Positions 7,163-15,011 are shown, counted from the stretch's first letter. The stretch is DNA of 64,000 bases from Candidatus Kutchimonas denitrificans (GCA_011774835.1 JAACAK010000083.1:25042-89041); one strand, 5' to 3'. Numbers and translations: made by a program. Notes: generated by a model from the letters alone, not told the origin.

Positions 7163-9394
7163 ATGAGTAGAACGCATGACTCGCCCGACGGGCGAGGCGA
7201 AGCGCTTGCACCGGTGACCGACGAGGCCCACCAGGCGGCGCTGCTGATCGATTTCGACAACGTCACCATGGGCATCCGCTCCAACCTCGGCCAGGAGATG
7301 CGCAACCTGCTGAACTCCGAGGTGATACGAGGGAAGGTCGCCGTGCAGCGGGCCTACGCGGATTGGCGCCGCTACCCCCAATACATCGTTCCCCTCTCCG
7401 AAGCTTCGATCGATTTGATCTTCGCGCCGGCCTACGGCTCCTCGAAGAAGAACGCCACCGACATCCGGCTGGCGATCGATGCCCTGGAGCTGGTCTTCAT
7501 CCGTCCCGAGATCCGGACCTACATACTGATGTCCGGCGACAGCGATTTCTCCAGCCTGGTCCTGAAGCTGAAGGAATACGGGAAATACGTGATCGGCGTG
7601 GGGATCCAGGAGTCGAGCTCCGATCTTCTGGTGCAGAACTGTGATGAATACTACAGCTACACGGCCCTCTCGGGGCTGAGCAAGACCAGCGATCAGGTGA
7701 TCGAGAGCCACGACCCGTGGGTGTTGGTGGAGAAGGCGGTGAGCAAGATGGTCGAGCGGGGCGACACGATGCGCTCGGATCGTCTGAAGCAGGTGATGCT
7801 GGAGATCGATCCGTCGTTCGACGAGAAGGAACACGGCTTCAGCAAGTTCAACCGTTTCGTGGTGCAGGCGGCATCGAAAGGGCTGGTCTCGATCCAGAAG
7901 ATGGAGAACGGGCAGTACGGGGTGGCGCCGGGGGACCGTGGCGGCAAGGGACGCAAGCCGAAAGAAAAAGGCGAGGCGGAAGCGGACCGCAAGAGCGAGG
8001 CGAAGGCACGGTCCGGAAAGCGTGAGGATCGAGGCGAACGAGGCCGCGCCAAGAAGAAAGACCGTGAGGGGTCGGAGCCGGGGCGGCAGGAGCGGACCCG
8101 GCGGGCGCGACCGAAGCTCACGATGGAGGGGGCGCTGGCGCTGTTGGACCGGACCCTGGGCATCCTGCTGGAAGGAGGGGGTGACTCGGTCCGCGACAGC
8201 GACGTGAAGCGCCGGATGTTGGAGTTGGAGCCGGGCTTCGACGAGGGCGAGCTGGGATACAGCAAGTTCAGCAAATTCTTGCAGGCGGCGGAGGAGCAGG
8301 GGGCCATCCGGCTGACCCGGGGGCCTAACGGCAACTACCACGTGAGCCGCGGCGGGAAGCGCGAGCCTAAAGCGAAGGAGGTGGCGGCGGAGCCGGAAGC
8401 CGGGGTGAGCACCGGCGAGTCGACGATGAGGCGGTTGGCCCGCTTCTTCTTCGGCGGCAAGCCGGAGGGCGCCGAAGAGCCTTCGGGCGCGGGCGGCGGA
8501 GAGCTGGCCCCAACCCCGGGCGGGAGGCCGACGGAGGAATCACGTCGGCGGCACCGGGGTCGAGGGCCGCGTCGCGAGGCGCGCGGAGCGCCACGGGCGG
8601 ACCGGCGCGAGGGGCCTGCGGGTCGCGGACGCCGGGACGCGGAGGAACGGTCGGGTCGAGGCCGGGAGGTGCGGCGCGAGGAACGACGGGCGGTGCGGGA
8701 CAAGAGCGAGGCGCGTCAAGGCGAGCGTCGCCGGGAAGAGGGGCGAAAGGCGCAACCTCACGGACGCCGCGAGCCTCGTAAAGGGCGCCAGAAACCCGAC
8801 CGCGAGCCGGAGCCGCGGCAGGAAGAGCCGCGCCCGGCCGCCGCGGCGGCGGCACCGCGCGAGGCGGAGCCAGCCGATGCGAACGATCGGCAGGCGGCCG
8901 CTCCGAGCAAGGAGGGGAAGCCGGCCGCTGAGGGTAAAGAGGAAAAGCCGGCGGCCGAGAGCACGGAGCGGAAGCCCGCGGTGACCGAGGCGCCTCTGCC
9001 GGGCGCGCCGCGGGGCACGATCCGGGGTCGCTGGGGAAGCCGGGGACGCTACCGTCCCTCCGAGGCGCCCCCGCCCATCTTCGAGGGACAGACTCGGGAC
9101 GGCGTCTCGAAGAGCGAGTCCACCGAAAGGCGCGGCGAGACGGCGGAAGCTTTAGCGGGCTCGGAACCGACGGGCGTGGCGGGGCCGTCGCAGGACGAGG
9201 GCATCGTGGCGCACCTCACCGGCTACGCGGGTGTGGGTGGCAAGACCGCCGAGGCGCTGGTGGAAGCGTTCGGAGACGAGACCTTCCGGGTGCTGGACGA
9301 GGAGCCCGACCGGGTTCGGCAGGTGTTGCCCGATCATCGGGCCGAGCGCGTGCTCGAAGCCCGGCGCCAGGAGCGTGAATCCGAAGGTACGTGA
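7163..9394 (+). CDS. NYN-domain (PIN-like RNase) protein with two LOTUS/OST-HTH domains, a long Arg/Glu/Pro-rich low-complexity tract and a C-terminal helix-hairpin-helix-like tail
   Basis: NYN/LabA block: ALLIDFDNV...AYADWRRY...KNATDIRLAIDALE...YILMSGDSDFSSLVLKLKEYGKYVIGVG. The two OST-HTH-like segments end in GFSKFNRFV and GYSKFSKFL. About 270 aa are R/E/P/A-rich. The tail GYAGVGGKTAEALVEAFGDETFRVLDEEPDRV resembles an HhH motif. A single uninterrupted frame links all parts. Confidence 0.8.
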   Translation: MSRTHDSPDGRGEALAPVTDEAHQAALLIDFDNVTMGIRSNLGQEMRNLLNSEVIRGKVAVQRAYADWRRYPQYIVPLSEASIDLIFAPAYGSSKKNATDIRLAIDALELVFIRPEIRTYILMSGDSDFSSLVLKLKEYGKYVIGVGIQESSSDLLVQNCDEYYSYTALSGLSKTSDQVIESHDPWVLVEKAVSKMVERGDTMRSDRLKQVMLEIDPSFDEKEHGFSKFNRFVVQAASKGLVSIQKMENGQYGVAPGDRGGKGRKPKEKGEAEADRKSEAKARSGKREDRGERGRAKKKDREGSEPGRQERTRRARPKLTMEGALALLDRTLGILLEGGGDSVRDSDVKRRMLELEPGFDEGELGYSKFSKFLQAAEEQGAIRLTRGPNGNYHVSRGGKREPKAKEVAAEPEAGVSTGESTMRRLARFFFGGKPEGAEEPSGAGGGELAPTPGGRPTEESRRRHRGRGPRREARGAPRADRREGPAGRGRRDAEERSGRGREVRREERRAVRDKSEARQGERRREEGRKAQPHGRREPRKGRQKPDREPEPRQEEPRPAAAAAAPREAEPADANDRQAAAPSKEGKPAAEGKEEKPAAESTERKPAVTEAPLPGAPRGTIRGRWGSRGRYRPSEAPPPIFEGQTRDGVSKSESTERRGETAEALAGSEPTGVAGPSQDEGIVAHLTGYAGVGGKTAEALVEAFGDETFRVLDEEPDRVRQVLPDHRAERVLEARRQERESEGT

Positions 9395-10011
9395 GCCGCG
9401 CCAACCGGCCGCTGCCGGCCGGCTTCTTCGATCGTGACGCCCCGGTCGTGGCCCGGGAGCTGCTCGGCGCGCTGCTGGTCTCGGACTGCGGCGCGTCGCG
9501 CTGCATCGGCCGCATCGTGGAGACCGAGGCCTACCCGGGACCCCACGACCCGGCCTCCCACGCCGCCGCGGCGGTGGGCCACACCGAGCGCAACGATCCG
9601 ATGTACGGACCCCCGGGCTCCGCCTACCTCCACCTCAATTTCGGAATCCACTGGTGTCTGAACGTGGTGGTGGGATCTGAGGGCTATCCCGCCGCCGTGC
9701 TGATCCGTGCCCTCGAGCCCGTCGAAGGGATCGAGGCGATGCGGCAGCGACGGGACCGGCGCCGCGATCGTGAGCTGACGTCCGGCCCGGCGCGGCTGAC
9801 CCAGGCACTCGCCGTCGGGCCCCACCTGCAGCGCCATCCGCTGCAGCGACCGCCGCTGGTCATCACCCCCGGCACGAAAGTGCCCGAGAGCGCTCTGGTT
9901 CGGACCACCCGGGTCGGGATCAGCCGCGGCGCCGACCGGGAATGGCGCTACTACGATCGACGGAGCCGATACGTCAGCAGGAGGGATCGGGCGGCGGAGA
10001 TCGGCGGCTGA
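9391..10011 (+). CDS. mpg: DNA-3-methyladenine glycosylase (MPG/AAG family)
   Basis: Signature blocks are GRIVETEAYPGPHDPASHA, NDPMYGPPGSAYLHLNFGIHWCLNVV, VLIRALEP and SGPARLTQALAV. The GTG start overlaps the upstream stop (GTGA). Confidence 0.85.
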   Translation: MSRANRPLPAGFFDRDAPVVARELLGALLVSDCGASRCIGRIVETEAYPGPHDPASHAAAAVGHTERNDPMYGPPGSAYLHLNFGIHWCLNVVVGSEGYPAAVLIRALEPVEGIEAMRQRRDRRRDRELTSGPARLTQALAVGPHLQRHPLQRPPLVITPGTKVPESALVRTTRVGISRGADREWRYYDRRSRYVSRRDRAAEIGG

Positions 10012-10869
10012 TCAGGACGCCGGGGTCGGCGGCCGCAGTCGGCGCACCAGGTACCGGACCGCGAAGGCGGCCAGCAGAACCAGGGCGAACGCGCAGACGA
10101 CGGTCGGACCGGTCGGCAGATCAGTGCGGTAGGACGCGTAGAGTCCAAGAACGGTGGCAAAGGTGCCGGTCGACCAGGCGATCGTGATCAGCTTTCGCGG
10201 CTGCACTGTGAACAGGAACGCGATGACCGCCGGGATCACCAGAAAACTGAAGACGAGCAGGACGCCGGCGATAGCCACCGACGAAGTGACGACCACACCG
10301 AACAGCCCGTAAAAAACGAAGTCCCAGAGCCTCACCGACCAGCCGCGTCGCCGCGCTTCGTCCGGGTTCATCGAGATCGTCAGGAAGCGATCACGCAGCA
10401 GCCAGTGGATTCCGCCCAGCAGCGCGTAGATCAGCGCGGTCTTCCAGATCTCCGGCCAGCTCACCCAGAGCAGGCTGCCCGACAGCAGTTCCTCGACGTG
10501 CTCCGATCCCCGGGGCGCCTGCGCCGCCAGCAGGATGGTCACCGCCGACGCTACGACATAGACGATCCCGATGATCGCCTCCTGGGGAACGTAGGCGTGC
10601 TCCATCCGCGAGACACTGAACAGGGCGGCGGCGACCAGGGTCGCGGCGAGGCCCACGCCGTACGCCGCGATCGATTCCGGGAGGCCCAGCCAGCCTGCCA
10701 GGGTGTCGGAGAGGCCGAGGCTGGCGGCGGCCCATCCCATGGCGGCGACCTGGGCCAACGCCAGGTCGACGAAGATCACTCCGCGGGCGATGATGTGAAT
10801 TCCCAGGTATCCGTGGATGCCGACGAGGATCAGCGCGGCCACGAGGGCCGGTAGCATCAATTCGAGCAT
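10012..10869 (-). CDS. Metal ABC transporter permease, ABC-3 family (ZnuB/TroD-like)
   Basis: A 285-aa multi-pass membrane protein. Its N-terminus LPALVAALILVGIHGYLGIHIIARGVIFVDLALAQVAAMG is typical of ABC-3 permeases. It lies directly downstream of a ZnuA-like binding protein. Confidence 0.8.
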   Translation of the reverse strand: MLELMLPALVAALILVGIHGYLGIHIIARGVIFVDLALAQVAAMGWAAASLGLSDTLAGWLGLPESIAAYGVGLAATLVAAALFSVSRMEHAYVPQEAIIGIVYVVASAVTILLAAQAPRGSEHVEELLSGSLLWVSWPEIWKTALIYALLGGIHWLLRDRFLTISMNPDEARRRGWSVRLWDFVFYGLFGVVVTSSVAIAGVLLVFSFLVIPAVIAFLFTVQPRKLITIAWSTGTFATVLGLYASYRTDLPTGPTVVCAFALVLLAAFAVRYLVRRLRPPTPAS

Positions 10870-10947
10870 GCCAACTCCCGTCTCTCCACCGAAGGAACCG
10901 CGCCCCCAGCGGGCGAACGGCCAGCCCGGGCTCGGGATCCGTCCGGC

Positions 10948-12048
10948 TCACTCATCGCGGTGTTCCCGTCGACGGTCCAGGCCGACGAAGGCCTCGGCCA
11001 GCTCCGTCACCCACCGGTCGATGAGGTCGAAGTAGGTGTCCACCCCCTCCGCACCGTCCACGTGCTCCGGAACCACAACGGCGCGTGCACCGGTCCGGGA
11101 CGCGACCCGCTCGACCTGCCGCTGGCTGAAGTAGTTGGCGGCGAAGAGGACCGGGATGTGCTCCTCTTGCATCGTGGTGATGACGTGGTTCAGGTGGCCG
11201 GGTGAGGGAGGGATGCCGGGCAGCGGCTCGATATAGAGGGCGCACTCGACCCGGAAGCGGGCGCTGAAGTAGGCCCAGTTCTTGTGATAACAGGCCATCC
11301 GCCGATCGCGAAACGGCGCCGCCTCGCCGATCCAGCCGCCGACGTATTCGCTGAGCGGCCTCCCCTCATAGGTCTGCCCGATGGCGAACTCCCACAGCGC
11401 GTAGGTCCGCGCCAGCTGGAGAATCGTCTCGGCACCCAGCAGGTCGACGAACTCATCGCCGTAGGTTCGGCGCAGCACGCGGTCCTCGAACCTCTCGAAA
11501 TTGGCCTCGTAAGTCGCGCTGTTGTCGGGATCGACCCGCTTCAACCCGACCAGGATGTTGCGGGCGATGGTTGTCCCGTTCACCGGGTCGGTGTGGATGT
11601 GAGGGTTCCCGAAGGCGTGTACATCGCCGCCGGTCCGCGATACATCCTCCGGAACCTGTAGCAGCTCGATGCCCGAGTAGACCGCCACGTTCCCCGCGGC
11701 GCCTTCGACGACCCGTGGGTTCCGGGCCCGGTCGATGATCGAAGGGACCCAGAGCTCGAGGTCGAGCCCGGTAACGATGAACAGATCCGCCCGCCCCACC
11801 TGAGCGGCGAAGCTGGGACGCGGATTGACGAAGTGCGGGTCCTCGTCGCCCCGGGCGATGGCGTTCACTTCGGCCAGATCTCCCGTCAGCTCCCTGGCGA
11901 TGGCAGCGTAAGTGGGCAGCGTCGTCACGACCCGGAGGCGATCCTGTGCCAGCGCCTGGCTTTGCAAGAAGAGCACGGTCGCGATCAGCGTGAGCACGGT
12001 GCCCGACGCGACCGTGAAGCATCGACCCGTCCCAGGTTTCCGTTTCAT
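10948..12048 (-). CDS. Metal ABC transporter substrate-binding protein (ZnuA/TroA-like)
   Basis: It has a signal peptide (VLTLIATVLFLQSQALAQ). Family blocks are VVTTLPTYAAIARELTGD, EDPHFVNPRPS, ADLFIVTGLDLE and FGNPHIHTDP. Confidence 0.8.
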   Translation of the reverse strand: MKRKPGTGRCFTVASGTVLTLIATVLFLQSQALAQDRLRVVTTLPTYAAIARELTGDLAEVNAIARGDEDPHFVNPRPSFAAQVGRADLFIVTGLDLELWVPSIIDRARNPRVVEGAAGNVAVYSGIELLQVPEDVSRTGGDVHAFGNPHIHTDPVNGTTIARNILVGLKRVDPDNSATYEANFERFEDRVLRRTYGDEFVDLLGAETILQLARTYALWEFAIGQTYEGRPLSEYVGGWIGEAAPFRDRRMACYHKNWAYFSARFRVECALYIEPLPGIPPSPGHLNHVITTMQEEHIPVLFAANYFSQRQVERVASRTGARAVVVPEHVDGAEGVDTYFDLIDRWVTELAEAFVGLDRRREHRDE

Positions 12049-12060
12049 ATCCTTCTCCCC

Positions 12061-13398
12061 TCAGTACGTCTCGTGCTTGTGCGGACCGATCGCCCAGACG
12101 ATCTGTCCGGTAATCGTGTGGCTCCCCTCGATCCCGTCCGGTTTGAGGTAGTTGTATTGCAGTCTCAGGTAGACCCATTCGCTCTGCCACCAGGTCACGC
12201 TGGGCACGAGCATGTAGACGTCCGGCCCGGCCTCGAGGTCGTCGAGATAGTCGAATCGGAGACCCGCGACCCAGCGCCTCGCCAGTCGATAGTTGCCCTG
12301 GAGGTATCCGCCGTGGCCTCTCAGGTCGGGTGCGCCGAAATCGCGGCGCGCCCAGTAGTACTCGGCGGACAGCCGCAGATCGCGGTAGAGACCGCGGCCC
12401 GGCGGCCGCCAGCGAAACGCCAGGTAGACGTTGAACAGCGTCGAACGCAGACCCTCGCTCCGGTTCTCGCCGTAAACGCCTGCACCGCCGAGCTCGAGGT
12501 AGCTCGATGCGCTGAGGTCCCAGAAGCTGCTGAGGTTTCCGAGAAAGGCCAGATTGGTCTTGCTGTCAGCGAACAGCGCTTCGTTCGCCGTGTTGGTCAC
12601 CTCGAGGGTCAGCGTCTGCAGGCTCGGGCCGATGGCCAGCGGCGGTGCGACGATCGAGAGGCCGGTCTGGATCAGGCCGTCGTCGCCGAGGAAGGCGACG
12701 GTGGGCAGCGGGCGGCCGACCTCCAGCAGCGCGTGGGTGTGCCAGCGGTTGTAAAGGCCGATCTGTTGCCTGAACTTGCCGGCCTTTACCCCCAGGTTGG
12801 CCGGCAGGCCGACCCAAAAGACGTAGCCCTCTTCGATCTCGACCGGAGCGTGGCCGGCCTCGGCCTCCTCCTCCGCCAGGCCCGCGATCCCGAACTCCTC
12901 CTCGTGGGCCACGAAGATCTTGGTCCGGGTATAGGGGTCCAGCGCGGCCTGGAACGCGAACTCGAACTCCCGCGGAACGCCGGTGAAAAAGCTCTTTTCG
13001 CCGACAGGCGCCAGGTGTTGACCCAGTACGTCGCCCGTGACGCTGATCTCGGGGTTCAGGATGTTCAGATTTCGCGTTCGGCTCGCCTGCTCGGTGGTAT
13101 CCGGAGCCTCCTGCTCCGCCGCGGCGGCGCGGGCGGCGGCGCGCAACGCCTCGAGCGCATCGGTCGTGGCCCGGGCGGCCGAGTCGGCGCGTTCGCCGCG
13201 GGCCAGGACGGCGAGCAGGCTGTCGAGTCGAGCTTCGAGCTCGCGGATACGCGCCTGCAGGCTGTCGATCCGCGCCCGGGTCACGCTGTCGGGCTCCACC
13301 TGCTGCGCCGGCAGGTGTGCTGGTGCCAGCGCGCTGAGCGCGCCGATCAATACGAATAAAGGCAATACGCGAATCGCTCGCATGTGTCTCTTCACCAT
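12061..13398 (-). CDS. Putative outer-membrane beta-barrel (porin-like) protein with N-terminal coiled-coil
   Basis: Track ORF 12061..13446. The signal peptide is MRAIRVLPLFVLIGALSALAPA, followed by a heptad-like segment ARIDSLQARIRELEARLDSLLAVL. Alternating aromatic/hydrophobic beta-strand patterns run to a C-terminal aromatic residue (HETY). The start is ATG 13398 or 13383. Confidence 0.6.
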   Translation of the reverse strand: MVKRHMRAIRVLPLFVLIGALSALAPAHLPAQQVEPDSVTRARIDSLQARIRELEARLDSLLAVLARGERADSAARATTDALEALRAAARAAAAEQEAPDTTEQASRTRNLNILNPEISVTGDVLGQHLAPVGEKSFFTGVPREFEFAFQAALDPYTRTKIFVAHEEEFGIAGLAEEEAEAGHAPVEIEEGYVFWVGLPANLGVKAGKFRQQIGLYNRWHTHALLEVGRPLPTVAFLGDDGLIQTGLSIVAPPLAIGPSLQTLTLEVTNTANEALFADSKTNLAFLGNLSSFWDLSASSYLELGGAGVYGENRSEGLRSTLFNVYLAFRWRPPGRGLYRDLRLSAEYYWARRDFGAPDLRGHGGYLQGNYRLARRWVAGLRFDYLDDLEAGPDVYMLVPSVTWWQSEWVYLRLQYNYLKPDGIEGSHTITGQIVWAIGPHKHETY

Positions 13399-13476
13399 GC
13401 TGAAAAGGAGTTGCTTCGGCCCGGGGGGCCGGTCATCGACCCTCACTCGCCGGTCGCGAACGACCGACGCCGTGGA

Positions 13477-13809
13477 TCAGAGAAAGGGAGGTGGCGCGCG
13501 GGCGCCGCCCTGGAAGCCGAGCGATTGGGCAGGTGCGAAGTGGCGTACCGGACCGGGCTCCAGCGGACGAGCGGATGCCGGATTCGGGTCCGAGTTCGAA
13601 CGGGAGAACGCCCAGGGGATGTGCTGCGCCTGAAGGCAGACCCGGTGGTCGTGCTCCCAGGCGCAGCCGCCCGAGTGTTCGGTCTCCACCCGTGCGGTGT
13701 TGGCCGAGGCGGCCAGCGAATCGATCGCCAGCCGCGCGCCGGCCGTACCCGGCAACGCGAGTAGCAGCGCGAGAGCCGCCGCTCGCGTCAGTCCGTCGCG
13801 ACTACGCAT
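13477..13809 (-). CDS. Small secreted protein (110 aa) with a His/Cys cluster; function unknown
   Basis: This is the internal start at ATG 13809 of track ORF 13477..13953. The signal peptide is MRSRDGLTRAAALALLLALPGTAGA. Third codon positions are strongly G/C-rich when I read the frame by hand. The motif is EHSGGCAWEHDHRVCLQAQH. Confidence 0.5.
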   Translation of the reverse strand: MRSRDGLTRAAALALLLALPGTAGARLAIDSLAASANTARVETEHSGGCAWEHDHRVCLQAQHIPWAFSRSNSDPNPASARPLEPGPVRHFAPAQSLGFQGGARAPPPFL

Positions 13810-13836
13810 GGCGTTCAGGATAGGTTGCCGCCTACG

Positions 13837-13844
13837 TGACGTCA
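13837..13844. promoter_or_regulatory. Perfect 8-bp palindrome TGACGTCA in the divergent ZIP / secreted-protein intergenic region
   Basis: Read directly in the 137-bp divergent spacer. No recognisable Zur-box consensus surrounds it. Confidence 0.2.
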
Positions 13845-13946
13845 ACTCGATCTGTTGTCGAACGGAGACGCCGGCTATCTTGATGCCGCTCGAACACGTT
13901 CCGGCCGTCCGCAAACACGCTCCAGCCGCGAAAGACAGGGCCGCCG

Positions 13947-14750
13947 ATGCCAACCGACCCCGCGATGGCCACCACCGGACTGGCGCAGGGCACTCCCGCC
14001 GGTCCGACCACCGTGCTCTTTCTGGCTGCCCTCACCGCCCTCGGCATGCTGGCGGGCGTCGGGGCGATGCGGCGCTTCGAAACGTGGGCGATCCGCCACA
14101 CGGCCGAGCTCGTCGCCTTCGCAGCCGGACTGCTGGTCTCCGGCGCGCTGTTGCACCTCCTGGGCCGCGCCTCCCGGCTGATCGGCATCGACGACGGTTT
14201 GACCTGGGCTCTCGTCAGCTTCCTCGTCTTCTACCTCCTCGAGGCTCATTTCGTCCCCCACGTGCACGCCCGCGGCGACGCCCCGATCGAAGGGGATCAC
14301 CACGGCCATGCTCACTCGCTCGGGCCGCTGGTCGTCCTCGGTCTCGGGCTCCATTCGATCATCGATGGGGTGTCGGTTGGGGCTGGCCTTTCCGCCGGCG
14401 CGGTCATCGGTAGCGTCACCGCCATGTTGGTCGTCGTCCACAAACTGCCGGTGGGCATCGCCGCCATGTCAGCGCTGTACCACACGGGAGTGCCCGGCGG
14501 TCGCGCCGCGCTCATCACGACCGGGCTCGCCGCCGTCACCCCGGTTGCGGTCATCGTCAGCTACTTCGTGCTGCGCGGCGTCTCGGATCACTTGCTGGGC
14601 GTGTTGCTCGCCCTCGCCGGCGGCTCGTTCCTCTACGTCGGTGCCGCCGATCTGCTACCCGAAGGTCAGGCTACCGGTCGCCCCGCCAACACGCTCATGT
14701 TCCTGGTCGGCGCCATCATCATGGCGGCCATCAAGCTCGTCGCTCACTGA
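13947..14750 (+). CDS. ZIP-family divalent metal (Zn) transporter
   Basis: A multi-pass membrane protein with a His-rich loop (HVHARGDAPIEGDHHGHAHS). The ZIP signature blocks are GLGLHSIIDGVSVG, HKLPVGIAAMSAL and GGSFLYVGAADLLPE. Confidence 0.85.
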   Translation: MPTDPAMATTGLAQGTPAGPTTVLFLAALTALGMLAGVGAMRRFETWAIRHTAELVAFAAGLLVSGALLHLLGRASRLIGIDDGLTWALVSFLVFYLLEAHFVPHVHARGDAPIEGDHHGHAHSLGPLVVLGLGLHSIIDGVSVGAGLSAGAVIGSVTAMLVVVHKLPVGIAAMSALYHTGVPGGRAALITTGLAAVTPVAVIVSYFVLRGVSDHLLGVLLALAGGSFLYVGAADLLPEGQATGRPANTLMFLVGAIIMAAIKLVAH

Positions 14751-14773
14751 CCTCTGCTTCGGTATTTGTTCAA

Positions 14774-14802
14774 TTGACGCTCCCTCCCCATCGCATTACT
14801 AT
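14774..14802 (+). promoter_or_regulatory. Sigma70-like promoter candidate (TTGACG - 17 nt - TACTAT)
   Basis: Read directly: the -35 element TTGACG is at 14774-14779 and the -10 element TACTAT is at 14797-14802, with exactly 17 nt between them. It sits in a locally AT-richer patch just after the ZIP stop codon. Confidence 0.35.
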
Positions 14803-14976
14803 GCAGCAAGCGAACAAAGGGCCGCAGCGACCCATTCTTGAGCCAACACGAGAATGTGCGGACCCGGCTCCGCTGGCTGACGTCAGGCCCGTTCAGGGAA
14901 GACGAAAGGCTGGCGGGAGGGTACCAAAGGTTGCAGAAGGGCTTCATTGAATGCCCTGCGGTTCGGCAGTTCGCTG

Positions 14977-15011
14977 CCGGCTTCCGATGCGCTCGGGGGC
15001 CGGTTTTTTTT
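14977..15011 (+). terminator. Intrinsic terminator (9-bp stem, 9-nt loop, T8 tract)
   Basis: CCGGCUUCC (14977-14985) pairs with GGGGGCCGG (14995-15003), including two G-U pairs. The loop is GAUGCGCUC, followed by TTTTTTTT at 15004-15011. It lies 227 nt after the ZIP stop and 133 nt before the PTPS start. Confidence 0.7.

Noticed and set aside
8340-9100. Possible tandem DNA repeat or CRISPR-like periodicity in the Arg/Glu-rich part of the NYN gene
   Set aside because: I found no exact repeating unit and no spacer structure. It is low-complexity coding sequence (CGC/GAG/GCG-rich codons), in frame with the flanking conserved domains.
14809-15011. Assignment of the orphan transcript to a known riboswitch class (THF, ZTP/pfl, preQ1, NiCo, SRP or 6S RNA)
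   Set aside because: The conserved core strings I remember for these classes are not present: for example the ZTP 3' CCGCCTGGGC, the SRP GGAAGCAGCC and the THF GAGUAG...CAUCCGCUC. The class is left open pending a covariance-model search.
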